DNA from: an uncultured Planctomycetaceae bacterium
GTDB taxonomy: Bacteria > Planctomycetota > Planctomycetia > Planctomycetales > Planctomycetaceae
Direction of reading: 5' to 3'
Assembly (NCBI GenBank): GCA_963815195.1
Contig: CAWFGE010000012.1
Coordinates: forward strand, 608,001 to 672,000
DNA: 64,000 bases
The position numbers and the translations under genes were made by a program. Below, one piece after another: positions 34,416 to 45,589 of this stretch. Position 1 is the stretch's first letter. The number at the start of each line of letters is the position of its first letter. The notes beneath the pieces were generated by a model. That model saw nothing but the letters and a program-made list of their open reading frames with translations. It had not been told where the DNA came from and ran no database searches.

Positions 34416-35147
34416 CTAGAATTCCGAGTCTTTGCGGCCGCGGAAGTTGGTGGTCGATTGCGGTACGCCGGTTTCGCTGAAGTTGCGCGCCGAGTTGCGG
34501 GAGGGATTCAAATCCCGCGCGCCGCGATAAACCCGCCGCGGATCGATGGACGTGCTGCTTTCCAGCGAGGAATCCATTTTCAACGACTGAAGGCTCGGAT
34601 TGGGACGCTTCGTCTTCATCCGCGGCGGCGGGATTTCGCGATCCCGCTTCCAGAGCCCCTTAAACCAGCCGACCACGGTCTGTTTGGGCTCCGTGGCTTC
34701 ATATTCGTAGGTCGCCGGGGTCACCGCCGTATCGCGCAAGGGGCGGCGAGGGGCCAGCATCGAATTCGACGGCACCGGCTTTGCGGAATCCGGATTGATG
34801 AGCCGCGGCTCGCGGGGCGTCAACGACTGTTCCGTCTGGGCGAAGGTCGGCGTCCGCTGGGGGGAAAGCTCCGAAATGCCGCCCGGACCCGCTTTTCGCA
34901 ACACGCCGCTCCGCGTGGTGACCTGCACAGGATCGGCTTTCGGCGCGGGGCGAGTGATGATGTTCCGCGAGAAATCCATTTTCGTCGGAGGCGGCATTTT
35001 CGGGATGGCTTGGACTTTCTCCGCGGGCTTGCGGAAGGTGAACCACGATTTGATCCGGCTGCCGAGACTCGGGCGAGTGGGCGTTTGCGCCAAGGCTTGG
35101 GACGTGAACACGAGGATCAAAACACCCGCACAAAAAGATCGCAGCAT
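34416..35147 (-). CDS. Hypothetical exported Pro/Arg/Thr-rich protein
   Basis: MLRSFCAGVLILVFTSQALAQ signal peptide followed by a low-complexity body; GGAG upstream. Confidence 0.6.
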   Translation of the reverse strand: MLRSFCAGVLILVFTSQALAQTPTRPSLGSRIKSWFTFRKPAEKVQAIPKMPPPTKMDFSRNIITRPAPKADPVQVTTRSGVLRKAGPGGISELSPQRTPTFAQTEQSLTPREPRLINPDSAKPVPSNSMLAPRRPLRDTAVTPATYEYEATEPKQTVVGWFKGLWKRDREIPPPRMKTKRPNPSLQSLKMDSSLESSTSIDPRRVYRGARDLNPSRNSARNFSETGVPQSTTNFRGRKDSEF

Positions 35148-35363
35148 GAGAGACTCCAGACCGCCGCGATCCACCGCAACGCGCCCGCGCTTAAGTCCGC
35201 AGGGCATCCCGTCGGAGAAATCGCAGCCAAGACAGGAAAGTTCATCGGATGAGAGAGAAGGGAGGGGCTCTATAACCAATCCCCGCCGACGTGTCGAGAG
35301 CGGATTCTCGACTTTGCACGGACGAACACGTTCCGATGAAGTGGCCAGTCGATAGCAATGCGG

Positions 35364-35518
35364 TTTTAAACGCAAAGACAGCAAAGAAAAGACGCAGAGG
35401 GCGCAAAGATTTTTGTCATCGAAAAACCGCTTACTTCGTGCGCGGCTCTTTTTTAATGACGGACTTTTTGACTTTTTGTGCCCTTTGCGCGTCTTCTCTT
35501 TGCGCCTTTGCGTTAAAC
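35364..35518. repeat. Compound palindromic repeat (aacgcaaag.../...ctttgcgtt arms with a nested REP-B unit)
   Basis: Arms rich in gcaaag and ctttgc; a related arm lies at about 38095-38145. Confidence 0.7.
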
Positions 35519-35538
35519 CCGAGCTACCAAGTCGCGTA

Positions 35539-37913
35539 TTATTCAACGACGATTTTGGTCCACACCAGATTTTGGCGGTCGCCGCGTTCGCTGAAATCGT
35601 CCAGCATGGTTTCCAAACTGGGTTCGGGGAAGTCGTTGAACTTTCGGCTGCCGCGGAACCGCACGAACAGCCGCTTGTTGTAATCGATCAAATCCGGCGA
35701 CAGGCTGAGCACGTGCCTCTTTGCGCCGGAGTTGATGTTGATCGTTGTGTGGTCGGTGCTGCCGTCGAGGATGTCGGCTTCCAAAGTCATCGGGTGGATC
35801 CGCGTCCGTTTGCCGGTGGTGTCGATCACCACGGCTTGGAGCACGTTCGGCGGCAAGTCCTCGGCCTTGATCCAGTAAAAGCGGTTGTCGATCGGCCTTA
35901 ACACCGTGGCTTCGATTTTCTTGGGGGCCTTCACCCGCTGGAGGCGGTTCATCCAATCGAAGAGGTTGTGAATCTCTTCGTAGTAATGCTCGTAGCCGCG
36001 GCCGATGTACTCGGCGTAGATCACGTCGAACTCGTGCCCGTCAGCGCATCATCCGGCCGATGACGGCGGAATGGTCGGGGTCCAGGAGCGAATTGCGGCA
36101 GAGTTCCCCGCTGACCACATACCAGGGCACATTCTTCGCGTTTTGCCAATACCATTTGCAGTAATGCTGGGCGAGGGCGGAAATGGGAATCACGCCGGCG
36201 AACAGGTCGGGATGCGACATGCCGATGTCGAACGCCGCATCCCCGCCCATGCCGTGGCCGCTCAAAAAGATCTTGTCGGAATTGATATGGAACCGCTTGC
36301 GGGCGTCGTGAATGGCTTTGATCGTGATGTAATGCGACCGGGCGTCGAAGTCGTAAGCTTTGAGCTTCTCGTCGATATATTCGGGAGCGATGACGATGTA
36401 TCCGTGCCGCTGCGATTGGCCGGGCTGCGCGGCGGTGCCGCCCCACCAGGACAACTCCGACGCCGCCTCGCGTTCCTGCGGATGCAGCGCGACGATCAGC
36501 GGATAGGCCCGGTTGGGCGTGTATTCGTTCGGCAGCAGCACATGATAGGCGACGGGCATTTTGGGGTCGGCGTCTTCCACGTCGATTTTATGAGCCGCGC
36601 CGGAAGGACGCCCGGCGTTTCCAACACCGGCTTGAGCCAAACCAGCATCCGCGACACGGCCTCCGGCGTGACGCCTTCCATGTTCCGCATTTTGGAAAGC
36701 AATTCGCGTTTCATCGCCGAATCGTTCGTGAGCAGATACTGCTCGATCAGATGCCGGGCCTGCCAGTAGCGGAGGGTCTGATCGAGGTCTGTGATCGCAT
36801 GGGCGCTGCCCATCAGCCAGCCGGAGTAGGCCAGCGCGAGTTTCTGCTCGGGCTTGAGCGAGGCGTCGTTTTCGAACTTCAGAAACGCATCCAGGCGATC
36901 GAGGCCCACGGTGTCGATGTCGCCGCGGAGGGCCGACCGCAGGGATTCCAGCGTCGTCTGCTTGGCCTCGTCGGTGATGCTCCGCTGCAGCATCGACAGC
37001 GACAGCCCCACGCGGGCGAGTTGGTTTTGATAGTTTTTGAGTTCATCGTCGAGGTCGCGGAGTTCCTTGAGCACGGCCGCGCTCATGTTCTCTGTGGGAA
37101 ACTGGCGCAGCGCAGCGCCGCCAGCCGGTGCTGCCCGGTGTCCCGCCGCCGGCGGAGATCGGCCAAGAGCCGCTGGGCCTGGGTCGAGCGGAGTTCGGTG
37201 AGGAGTTCCTCGGCCCGCTGCTTGAGTTCGGGAAAATCGCGGACGATCGATTCCAATTCCTCGCCGGCTGCGACGTACATCCCGGCTTGAATGTAGAACA
37301 CCGCCACGCCCAGCCGCTGTTGCGGGTTGTGTGCGTCGATCGTGTTGTAGAGGATCTTCCGCAAGGTTTTTTCTTCGAGGGCGGTCGTGGAAATGCCGTG
37401 CTCCCAATCCAGTTCGGTCATCGCGGTCACGGTGACGTAGCGGGGATTGAGCTTGGTGATGCCCTGCACGATCTCCTTGGGGCCGCGGTCGGTGGGAAAG
37501 GAGACGGTCCGGCGGCCGAATTCGTCGAACTCCTTGCGAACCAGCACGCCGCCCAGGGCCTGGAGCATTTGCCGCCGGGCGCCGAACTTTTGTTTGATGG
37601 TGAATTCTTCGAGGTTCAAGACTCCGCCGGCCGCGTTGATGTTCAGGACCTGCTTGGCGGGGACGAAATAGCGTTTGAAACCCGTATGGATCATCAGGAT
37701 CGGGTAGTGATGGTTCTGGTTGGCGTGGTCGCGGTCGATCTCGGTGCGGGTCAGGGCTTGAATGGGAATCGGTTTTCCCTCGATGACGGTTCCATTTTGG
37801 AGATGGGTCTCCGCCGCCCAGGCCCCGCCGCCCGTAAGCCCGGCGACCGCCAGAATCCCTACAATCCGCAAGGAAAGGGAAAGAGAGGTTCGCGAATGCG
37901 TTCGATATTCCAT
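35539..37913 (-). CDS. Large exported protein (about 790 aa) with a C-terminal alpha/beta-hydrolase-like domain; frameshifts near 37117, 36600 and 36042
   Basis: Signal peptide; YHVLLPNEYTPNRAYPLIVALH, GYIVIAP, KIFLSGHGMGGD, HPDLFAGVIP, EYIGRGYEHY. Four ORF pieces rejoin with single-base corrections. Confidence 0.8.
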
Positions 37914-38439
37914 AATGCCACCTCGAAAAAGAGCTTCGAGATCCATCATCGCGCCCCAAGGCCAAATTGTCTAGGACAATCCGCCCCCGCCGCCCGAATG
38001 GCCGCGCGAAAAGCCGGCCTGCGCCCGTTCTACCCTACTAATGAACCCGATCGGCCCGATTGCGCGATTGTTGGGCGATTTTTTCTTCGATCGGTTTTAA
38101 CGCAAAGACGCGAAGGGAAGACGCAAAGGGTGCAAAGAGATTTTTCAGACGGCGGAGGGTGGCATGCTCATGGCTTTGCATGAGCATGTCCTGGGATTTG
38201 AGACCCCCCGCAGGCTCACGCAAAGCCGTGAGTATGGCACCCAGATCACACGAATCCCCAAAAGTGACAGAGAACCAGAATTTTTTCAGATGGCGGCCCG
38301 CTGTGCCGATGGATCAATCACAAAATCATGGAGCACAGAATCATGTCTTACATTCGTCGCGGCGGTGATTTGCAGCACGGTGCCGAAACAAAATGATTTT
38401 GTGCCCCATGATTTTGTTCTTCCCTTTGCGTCAAAAACT

Positions 38440-39987
38440 CTACCGCTCGCCGCTCGCCTCGAGCAGATTGCGGCCGCGGGTGCGGAGGGTTTCCAGAAGC
38501 AGATCAAGATGCGCGGGCGTGGTGAGCGGGTTGATCAGCGTGACCCTGAGCGCTCCCCGGCCGCCCGCGGTGGTGGGGACGATATAGAACTCGCCGGATT
38601 GCATCACATCCCGCCGGAGCCGAAGTTGGAATTGTCCCACTTCTTCGGGCGAGGCGTTTTTTAACGCATCGGGAACGTGGCGGAACACGACGATGTTGCA
38701 TTGGGGATCGTTGAGCGGCTCGAAGTCCGGGGCTTCGCAGAGTTTCTGATAAAGCTGCCGGCCCAGATCGAACGTCACATCGACCATATCCCCGAACAGC
38801 CCGGGACCGAACAGCGACCACACGCCCCACAACCCGAACGCCGCCGACCGCTTGGTGCACTCGACGGTCTTGAGGCCGCTGTCGAAATCCGCGAGACCCG
38901 GGGCCGAGGGATCGAACAAGTACGGGGCGTCCTGCCGGAAGGCTTCAAAACGGTGCTCGGCGTTTTTGTAAAACACGAAGGCGCAAAGCGCCGGGACGAA
39001 CAGCATTTTGTGGGCGTCCCAGATCAAGCTGTCGGCCTGCTCCAGCCCCTTGAGCAAATGCCGATGTTTCTCGCTGAAGAGCGCCGCCCCGCCGTGCGCT
39101 GCATCGACGTGCATCCACACCTCGTGCCGGCGGCAGACGTCGGCGATGTCCTCCAGCGGATCGAACGCCCCCACCGGCGTCGCGCACGCACAGGCCGCGA
39201 CCGCGACAATCGGCCGCCCCTCGGCTCGGAGTTTCGCCAACGTCTCGTCGAGCTGGTTCGGATCGATTCGCCGGCGGTCGTCCAAGCCGGCTTTGACGAC
39301 CTGATTCGTGCCCAGTCCCAAAATCCCCGCAGAACGGGCGATGCAATAATGCGCCTCCGCATGCGAGACCAGCACCGGCGGTTTGGACGCGCGCGAAGAC
39401 ACGCCTTGTTCCCAGGAATCGCCTAGCACCACATTGCGGGCGGTGAGGAGTGCGGTGAGATTCGCCAGCGAACCGCCGTGGGTAATCACACCGGCGAAGG
39501 TTTTCGGTTGCCAACCGATTCGGCGGCCGAGTTGTTCGACCATCACTTCTTCAACCGCAGAGGCCCAGGGGCCCATTTCGTAAATGGCCATTACCTGATT
39601 GGTCACGGAGCCCACGGCATCGAACAACCCCGCGAGCGGAATCGAAGCCGGCACCTGATGGCCCAGGTAACGTGGATCGTGCAGATTGTGCCCCCGCGAG
39701 AGCATCAACCCCACCAACTCCGCGAACCGCTTGCCCACCGCTGTCGGGTCCGGAGGCGAAGAATCGGCCGGCGGGCAAGCAGACAACTCGTTCGCCGCCC
39801 GTTCCACGTTCTCCCAAGGTTCGGCCCAGTTGAGCACGGATTTGCGGGAGGCTTCGACCTCCGCCAGGTGTTCGCTGAGCAGCGACACCAACCGCTCTCC
39901 GGCCGCCGCGAAGCCTTGCGGATCATAAGCCGCCCGAATCCGCTGCCGGGCTGCGTCGAGGATGTTTGTGGGCGGGTTTGTGGTCAT
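38440..39987 (-). CDS. Group II PLP-dependent decarboxylase (diaminobutyrate/aromatic amino acid decarboxylase-like)
   Basis: YLGHQV, GGSLANLTAL, AHYCI, GAFDPL, WMHVDAAHGG, DSLIWDAHKML (PLP lysine). Confidence 0.92.
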   Translation of the reverse strand: MTTNPPTNILDAARQRIRAAYDPQGFAAAGERLVSLLSEHLAEVEASRKSVLNWAEPWENVERAANELSACPPADSSPPDPTAVGKRFAELVGLMLSRGHNLHDPRYLGHQVPASIPLAGLFDAVGSVTNQVMAIYEMGPWASAVEEVMVEQLGRRIGWQPKTFAGVITHGGSLANLTALLTARNVVLGDSWEQGVSSRASKPPVLVSHAEAHYCIARSAGILGLGTNQVVKAGLDDRRRIDPNQLDETLAKLRAEGRPIVAVAACACATPVGAFDPLEDIADVCRRHEVWMHVDAAHGGAALFSEKHRHLLKGLEQADSLIWDAHKMLFVPALCAFVFYKNAEHRFEAFRQDAPYLFDPSAPGLADFDSGLKTVECTKRSAAFGLWGVWSLFGPGLFGDMVDVTFDLGRQLYQKLCEAPDFEPLNDPQCNIVVFRHVPDALKNASPEEVGQFQLRLRRDVMQSGEFYIVPTTAGGRGALRVTLINPLTTPAHLDLLLETLRTRGRNLLEASGER

Positions 39988-40072
39988 CGCGGCACTTTTT
40001 GTGGGGCAACTCAATTTGCTGAGAATGAAGAAGGGGAGAGGGGGAGAATGGGAGATCGGGAGGGAAATAAAA

Positions 40073-40822
40073 TCACGTTTCCACCGGGGGGCAGACGGTT
40101 TGGACGAGATCCCGCACGCCCAAGGTCGTGGCGCTAAAAAACATTTCGCCGGCTTCAAAACCCGCGCTCGTGCCCAGCAGTTTGTTTTGACTTTCCACGA
40201 GCCGAAACACCCGTTCCTTTGTGGGCGGGAACTGCGTTTCGTACGCGCGGATCGCTTCCAACTTCACGTCGAGGGTCTCGGAAATATCCGCCACGAACTG
40301 CCCCGGCTTCGCCAGCGATTGCAGGTTTTGAAACCCCAAGGGATACCAGACCTGTTTCGCGATCGTGTGCACCGGGAGATGATCGAAATGCTCGTCCCAT
40401 TTCGTCAAGCGGGAATAAAACACCGCCGCATCGGTGATCTGCATCGCCTGCCAATGATCGGGCGAGGCCATCGGCGTTTTATCCGCGATTCCTAGCACAA
40501 TCCGCGGCCGAAACCGCCGGAAAATCTTCGCGAGCTCGACCCGCGTCTCGAAGCTGTCGAACAGCCGGCGGTTTGGGAGGGGCAGCGTCTCGCGGTGCTG
40601 GACCCCCAAAATCCGGGCGGCGGTTTGGGCCTCTTCCAGCCGCACGTGGGGGCCCGGACTGAGGGGCGTCGGTTCGCCGTCGGTCAGATCGACGATCCCC
40701 ACGCGGTAGCCTTGCCGGACCAGCTTCGCCAGCGTCCCTCCGCAGGCGATCTCCACATCGTCGGGATGCGCGCCCACGGCGATTACGTCGAAAGGTTCGG
40801 GAAGTTCCTCGGCGTTCGCCAT
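40073..40822 (-). CDS. PIG-L/LmbE family deacetylase (BshB1-like)
   Basis: [38 protein letters not shown]. Confidence 0.9.
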   Translation of the reverse strand: MANAEELPEPFDVIAVGAHPDDVEIACGGTLAKLVRQGYRVGIVDLTDGEPTPLSPGPHVRLEEAQTAARILGVQHRETLPLPNRRLFDSFETRVELAKIFRRFRPRIVLGIADKTPMASPDHWQAMQITDAAVFYSRLTKWDEHFDHLPVHTIAKQVWYPLGFQNLQSLAKPGQFVADISETLDVKLEAIRAYETQFPPTKERVFRLVESQNKLLGTSAGFEAGEMFFSATTLGVRDLVQTVCPPVET

Positions 40823-41269
40823 AACCACTCCAACAGAGTTCCAACACGATGAGGGAAGAATTCGGAAAAGCCCGTTCTGTGATTGTCCTTCTAACAGCTT
40901 CCCCCAGGGACGACAAGAATCCCAGCCCTGCGGCCGACCGCCCGGTCCGTCTTTCCGGCGCCCGGTCTTCGAGGAGTGATTCGCCAGCGACCAAAGTGGC
41001 CGTCCTTCGTTCAACGCTTCCGGTGCGCCGATGTCGCGGAGAAATCAGGCCCTCTCTCCCTAAGCTCCTGGGAGAGTTGCAGTTGGCGAAAAGTTCGGCG
41101 TCCGCTTTTTTCGGCACGCGAATCGCAAATGATCGTCGTTGCAAGAAGCCTTCGGTGATTCAATTCTTCCGGCGAGGTTCTGCTGACCTTAGGCAAGAAA
41201 AAACCACCGGACGTTCCCCGCCGCGGTCGCGGCTTCGTTTATCTCGCTTTACTCGAAAAGGAGACAGCC

Positions 41270-41476
41270 ATGAATTGGGATCAAATCAAAGGCAACTGGA
41301 AGCAGTTGAAAGGACAAGCCCGGCAGAAGTGGGGCAAGCTCACCGATGACGACTGGGACGTGATCGACGGCAGCCGGGAAGAATTGACCGGGAAAGTTCA
41401 GGAACGCTACGGCATCGCCAAAGACGAAGCCGAAAAACAGATTCGGGAATTTGAAGGTTCCTGCCGCACCTGTTGA
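41270..41476 (+). CDS. CsbD-family stress protein
   Basis: MNWDQIKGNWKQLKG...WGKLTDDD...GKVQERYG; RBS aggag. Confidence 0.92.
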   Translation: MNWDQIKGNWKQLKGQARQKWGKLTDDDWDVIDGSREELTGKVQERYGIAKDEAEKQIREFEGSCRTC

Positions 41477-41586
41477 TCTCGGCCGAGTGTGAGAGTCCGC
41501 GCGTCTGGCTCTCAAAAGAAAACCCGACTTTCAACCGGGGCCTTTCCAGCGAACGGCTCCGGTTTTCATAATTCAGGAGAAATCCA

Positions 41587-41886
41587 ATGCCCAGGGGTTG
41601 GACGAAAAAAGACGAACGGCAGTACGAGCACATCAAACACAGCCAAAAGCAGCGGGGATCGTCCGAGAAGCGGGCGAAAGAAATCGCGTCCCGCACGGTC
41701 AACAAGCGCCGCAGACAAGAAGGCCGGACGCCGAACAAGACCACAAAAGGCACGGGAAACCCGCACACCGAACTGGAAGACCGCACGGTCAAAGAGCTTC
41801 GCAACATGGCCTCGGATATGAACATCAAAGGCCGCAGCAAGCTCAACAAACAAGGCCTGGTGCGGGAAATCTCCAAACGGAAATGA
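41587..41886 (+). CDS. Small basic protein with a C-terminal Rho_N-like (HeH) motif
   Basis: ERQYEHIK...RAKEIASRTVNK and TVKELRNMASDMNIKGRSKLNKQGLV; RBS aggag. Confidence 0.8.
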   Translation: MPRGWTKKDERQYEHIKHSQKQRGSSEKRAKEIASRTVNKRRRQEGRTPNKTTKGTGNPHTELEDRTVKELRNMASDMNIKGRSKLNKQGLVREISKRK

Positions 41887-41907
41887 CATCTGCGCGGTCC
41901 GCGATCT

Positions 41908-43199
41908 TCAGACGGCGCGGAGCACGACCGCGGCGCTTTGGCCGAGGCTTGTGCGGTTTACGCAGAGCGCGGCGGGCAGAGATTGATCGATGGGGTGCTC
42001 GTGAATGACGTTCAGCCGGCAGCGGGGATCGGGGGTTTGATAGTTCAACGTCGCCGGGATTCGCCCGTGCTTGAGTGCGAGCAAACTCCCCGCGAGTTCC
42101 ACCGCGCCGGCCCCGGCGTCGAAGTGGCCGAAGTAACTTTTGAGTGCCGTCACCGGAATGATCTCGGCGGCTTCTCCCAACGCCCGGTGATAGGCCCGGG
42201 CTTCGATCACATCGTCGCGCTCGGTGCCTTTGCCGTGGCGCGTTGATGTGCCCCAACTCGGCCGCGCGGACCTGGGTTTTCTTGAGCGCGGCTTGGATGG
42301 CGACAACCAGGCCCGTGCCCCCCGCGGCATTCGCGTAACCCTTCCCGTCCGAGCCCGCGCCGCTGCCCAAGATTTCCGCGTAAATCTCGGCACCGCGGCC
42401 GCCGGGCGTGGGAAAAACTCTCGAGGACAAACGCCGCCGCCCCTTCGCCGAGGATTGTGCCGTCCCGCTCGAAATCAAAAGGCCGGCACGGCGCGGGATC
42501 GGAGGTCCGACGGGACAAACCTTCAAACAGGCAAAACTTGGCAATATCCACCGGCTGAAGATGCGAGCCGCAGGCTCCGACGATCATGCAGTCCGCGGCG
42601 CCGCGTTCGATCACGTTGACCGCTTCCGCGAGAGCCAGAATTGCCGACGTATCCCGGTTCGTGATCGTGTTGTTCGGCCCGCGGGCGTCGAATGTGATCG
42701 AAACGTGGCAGGCCGGCATGTTCGGGAGTTGCCTGAGCAGCCACAACGGGGCGATCCGGCCCATGTCCTCTTCGCCCCACCGGGAGGCGGCAAACGGGAT
42801 TCGCTGTTCCGCGAACGGCCGCACCGCGTCGGCGAGTTCCTCAGGCGTCGTGGAGATTCGCCCCGCTCCATACACCACGCCCAAGCGGTCGGGATCCACG
42901 TCCCCGGGTTCCAAGCCGGCGTCGCCCATCGCCAAAGTCGCCGCCCCCACGCCCAGTTGAATGTCCCGCGACATCACCTTGAGGAATTTTTTCTGGGGGA
43001 GATACATCAAGGGATCGAAGTCCAAGACCTCCGCGGCGAAACGCGTGGGCAGGTTTCGCGAGTCCAAGGCGCGCAGGCGGCCGATTCCGGACCGGCCTTC
43101 CATCAGGCTCGTCCAGAAGGCCCGATTGCCGATGCCGATGGGCGACACCACGCCCACCCCGCTCACGACCGTCCGTGTCGCGGCCTCGCCTCTATTCAT
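41908..43199 (-). CDS. Beta-ketoacyl-ACP synthase family protein lacking the catalytic Cys; frameshifts near 42400 and 42239
   Basis: VVSGVGVVSPIG, LPNMPACH, GPNNTITNRDTS, CRPFDFERDG..GEGAA, HINA-[fs]-HGKGT, KSYFGH, PATLNY. Confidence 0.88.
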
Positions 43200-43360
43200 T
43201 GCGGACCCTGTCGTTCAGTCCAGCCGGTTCCGAATGCGATCCCTTGTGGACTGCAAATCGGCGGCCGTCGCATCCTCCCGGAAGACCCCCAAAGCCGGGG
43301 GATTACACCGGATCCGCCGTTGCCTGTCAATAACGGTCCCCCGCCGAACTGATTGAATGC

Positions 43361-43561
43361 TCAGTTGTTTCGATCCCCCCGGTAATGCCGGCGGGCTTCG
43401 AGCAGGGCTTTGAGATTCGCCGCCCGGTGGGTTTTCGCCGCGGCTTCGACGGGCAGTTCGTAATCCAGCCGGGACAGGATCCCGTCCCGCAATAGCCGCT
43501 CGATGTCCCGGTCGATGCGGGTGAGGAGTTGTTCGAGGGATTCTTCGGCAGGAAGTTTCAT
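43361..43561 (-). CDS. Putative phage head-completion/head-tail adaptor (gpW-like)
   Basis: Small helix-hairpin-helix pattern LEQLLTRIDRDIERLL...DYEL...RAANLKALLEARRHY; directly downstream of the capsid gene; RBS gagg. The family call rests on pattern and position only. Confidence 0.5.
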   Translation of the reverse strand: MKLPAEESLEQLLTRIDRDIERLLRDGILSRLDYELPVEAAAKTHRAANLKALLEARRHYRGDRNN

Positions 43562-43689
43562 CGGCCGGCCTCAAATAAACAGCCACGGCGTGAGGATGGA
43601 AGAGGGAGGATCGAAAGTGCCGGCTATAATTCCAACCTCCAACCTCCAACCTCCAACCTCACTCGGACGGCACCGGTTGGTTCAAGACG

Positions 43690-43822
43690 TTACGCGCCGT
43701 CGACCTTGGTGACGAACGAAGGGCGTGGTCGCCAAGATCGCCACGCCCTTCGCTGCGCAAAGGGTCGTGCCACCCGGAATTGTGCCCGATCCTTTACGCG
43801 CCATCGACCTTGGTGACGAACG
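43690..43822. repeat. 29-bp direct repeat of the capsid-gene 3' end flanking a REP-C element
   Basis: ttacgcgcc(g/a)tcgaccttggtgacgaacg at 43690-43718 and 43794-43822 (28/29), with REP-C at 43718-43775 between them. Confidence 0.9.
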
Positions 43823-44989
43823 CAGTGTCCACGGCGGAGATGCCGCCGTAGTAGCGGACCTTCACTCGCAGCACCACGTCCCGCTCAAAGGCGGACGGGC
43901 TGTCGCCTCGCTGCAGGAATGTTTGGATCGGCCAGATTTCCGTCCACACAAACTGCTTCGCGAAATCGCCCAGGTACCAGTCGTTCGCCGCCTGTCCGCC
44001 TTGCTCGTCGATGAACGGCGAACTGAGCACCTCGACCAAACTGCGGACGGGGTTCGCGACGCGGGTTTGATAGTCGCCGTTGGTGATGGTGACTTCGGTC
44101 GAGTTCACAATGCTCGACGCCGTGCCGCGCAGGTTTTCCGGCACGAGCAGTTGCCGAACCGGCACGACCAGCGGCCGCGGCGTCCCATCGATGCGGTCGT
44201 CCAGAACTTCCGTGGCCCGGTAGTGCAGAACCTCTTCGACGTCGGTCCAATCGACCAGAGGCACCGCGGCATTGAAGCCCGACGAAGTCGTATTCCCCGA
44301 ACCGACCCAGTTGCGGTTCGAGCCGGCCGTGTTGTAAAGCGTCTCCCCGCTGCCGTTGGGCCGATAGACGTATTTGCCGGACGAGGCGTCGGCATCGGTG
44401 ACGCCGCGGAGGATCGTCCGCTCGCGCTCCTGGCGGAGATAATATCCCAGCGCCGCGCCCGGCGGTTGATCTCGCCGGTCTGGTCGAACACGATCAGCTC
44501 TTCGTTGATCGAGAGCACTCGGCCCTGTTTGGTTTCCTCCGTGGTGACGTATTTTTCCTCGAAGGTCGATTCCTCGTAAGGATGGCCTTCGGGAACTTCG
44601 GTCGGACCGGCGAGGGCTTTGAAGCCGGCGATCTTCTGGCTGCGAAGCCGGCTGGGCAGGATCGTCACCAGCCGGTCGCCGACGAAGCCGCGGTCGTCCT
44701 CGTAGCCGGCGATCACCTGCCGGCCGATGAGTTCGCCCGTAACCACCTGAAACAAGTTCGTGCCCACGCCGGGGTTCGATTCGCTGAGCGCGGCGGCGAG
44801 ATGAGGCAGCGGCTGCCGCAGTTCGTTCATGTGCCGGAGTCGCGGCAAAACGCCGCAGGCGTCGGCGAGTTCGTAATAGCTGAAGTCATCGCTCGCGAGC
44901 TTGCCCTCGTTGAGCAATCCGCACACGCGGTGATAAAAGCCTTCGGGACCCAAGGATTCGATGAGGTAAGCCAGATTCTGTCGGGACAT
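43794..44989 (-). CDS. Major capsid protein, HK97 fold (Mu gpT-like), about 398 aa; frameshift near 44453
   Basis: EVPEGHPYEESTFEEKYVTTEETKQGRVLSINEELIVFDQTG (E-loop and P-domain pattern), spine helix ALGYYLRQERERTIL, LLVPENL, NPVR..VLSSPFID, WYLGD, FERDVVLRVKVRYYGGISAVD. ORFs 44105..44989 and 43794..44264 join after one missing G. Confidence 0.85.
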
Positions 44990-45027
44990 GTTGCACCTTG
45001 ATAAGAGAGGTTTCGGAGAAGGACAAA

Positions 45028-45058
45028 ATCAAAACCGGAGGCTAGCGCCTACCGCTCA
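45028..45058. repeat. REP family A half copy between the decoration and capsid genes
   Basis: Exact 31-bp reverse complement of 7005-7035. Confidence 0.9.
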
Positions 45059-45063
45059 CGTTC

Positions 45064-45543
45064 TTAGCCGAGGGTGGCGTTGGCGTTGGCGGCACCGGGG
45101 TGATACGCCGAGGCGAACTGCACCCGCAGCGTGCTGGAGGCCGAGGCTTGATACTCCGCAGCCCGGGCGACGGCGTTCCCAGCGCTCGCGGCTTCGAGCT
45201 GCTGGTTCATCAATGCCGACGAGTTTTCATCCGGCCCGAGCGAATCCCCGACCTCGTAGGTGGCCGAGTTGACGTCGAACTCATAGACCGAGAAGGGGCT
45301 CAAGTCGACGGACACATCGTCGGTGTCGCCGTCGGCGGACTGCTGCTGGGCGACGCCCAGAAACACCGCGGCGAACTCGGATTGGGTCGTGGCGAGATCG
45401 GTGTCCCAGGTGAAGTCGGAGGCGGGCTTCACATCGTCGGTGTCGAGGAACACGAGGTCCCCCGCCTCGATCACCGTGCCGCTGTCCACGCGGAGTTTGT
45501 GCAATTGAACTTGCCCGCTGCGAAAACGAAGTTGGTTCGACAT
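45064..45543 (-). CDS. Putative head decoration / capsid cement protein
   Basis: 159 aa, beta-rich; TVIEAGDLVFL...FLGVA...GD...YEFD...YEVGD pattern; lies between the protease and capsid genes; RBS aggag. Confidence 0.65.
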   Translation of the reverse strand: MSNQLRFRSGQVQLHKLRVDSGTVIEAGDLVFLDTDDVKPASDFTWDTDLATTQSEFAAVFLGVAQQQSADGDTDDVSVDLSPFSVYEFDVNSATYEVGDSLGPDENSSALMNQQLEAASAGNAVARAAEYQASASSTLRVQFASAYHPGAANANATLG

Positions 45544-45589
45544 GATTGGCTCCTGAAAAGAGAGGGGAAAGGTTTTGGGAATGGGGCTC

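Noticed and set aside
43794..44989. Classical family 1/2 encapsulin operon
   Set aside because: No recognisable cargo gene (DyP, ferritin-like, desulfurase); a prohead protease, decoration and gpW-like genes are not typical of these systems.
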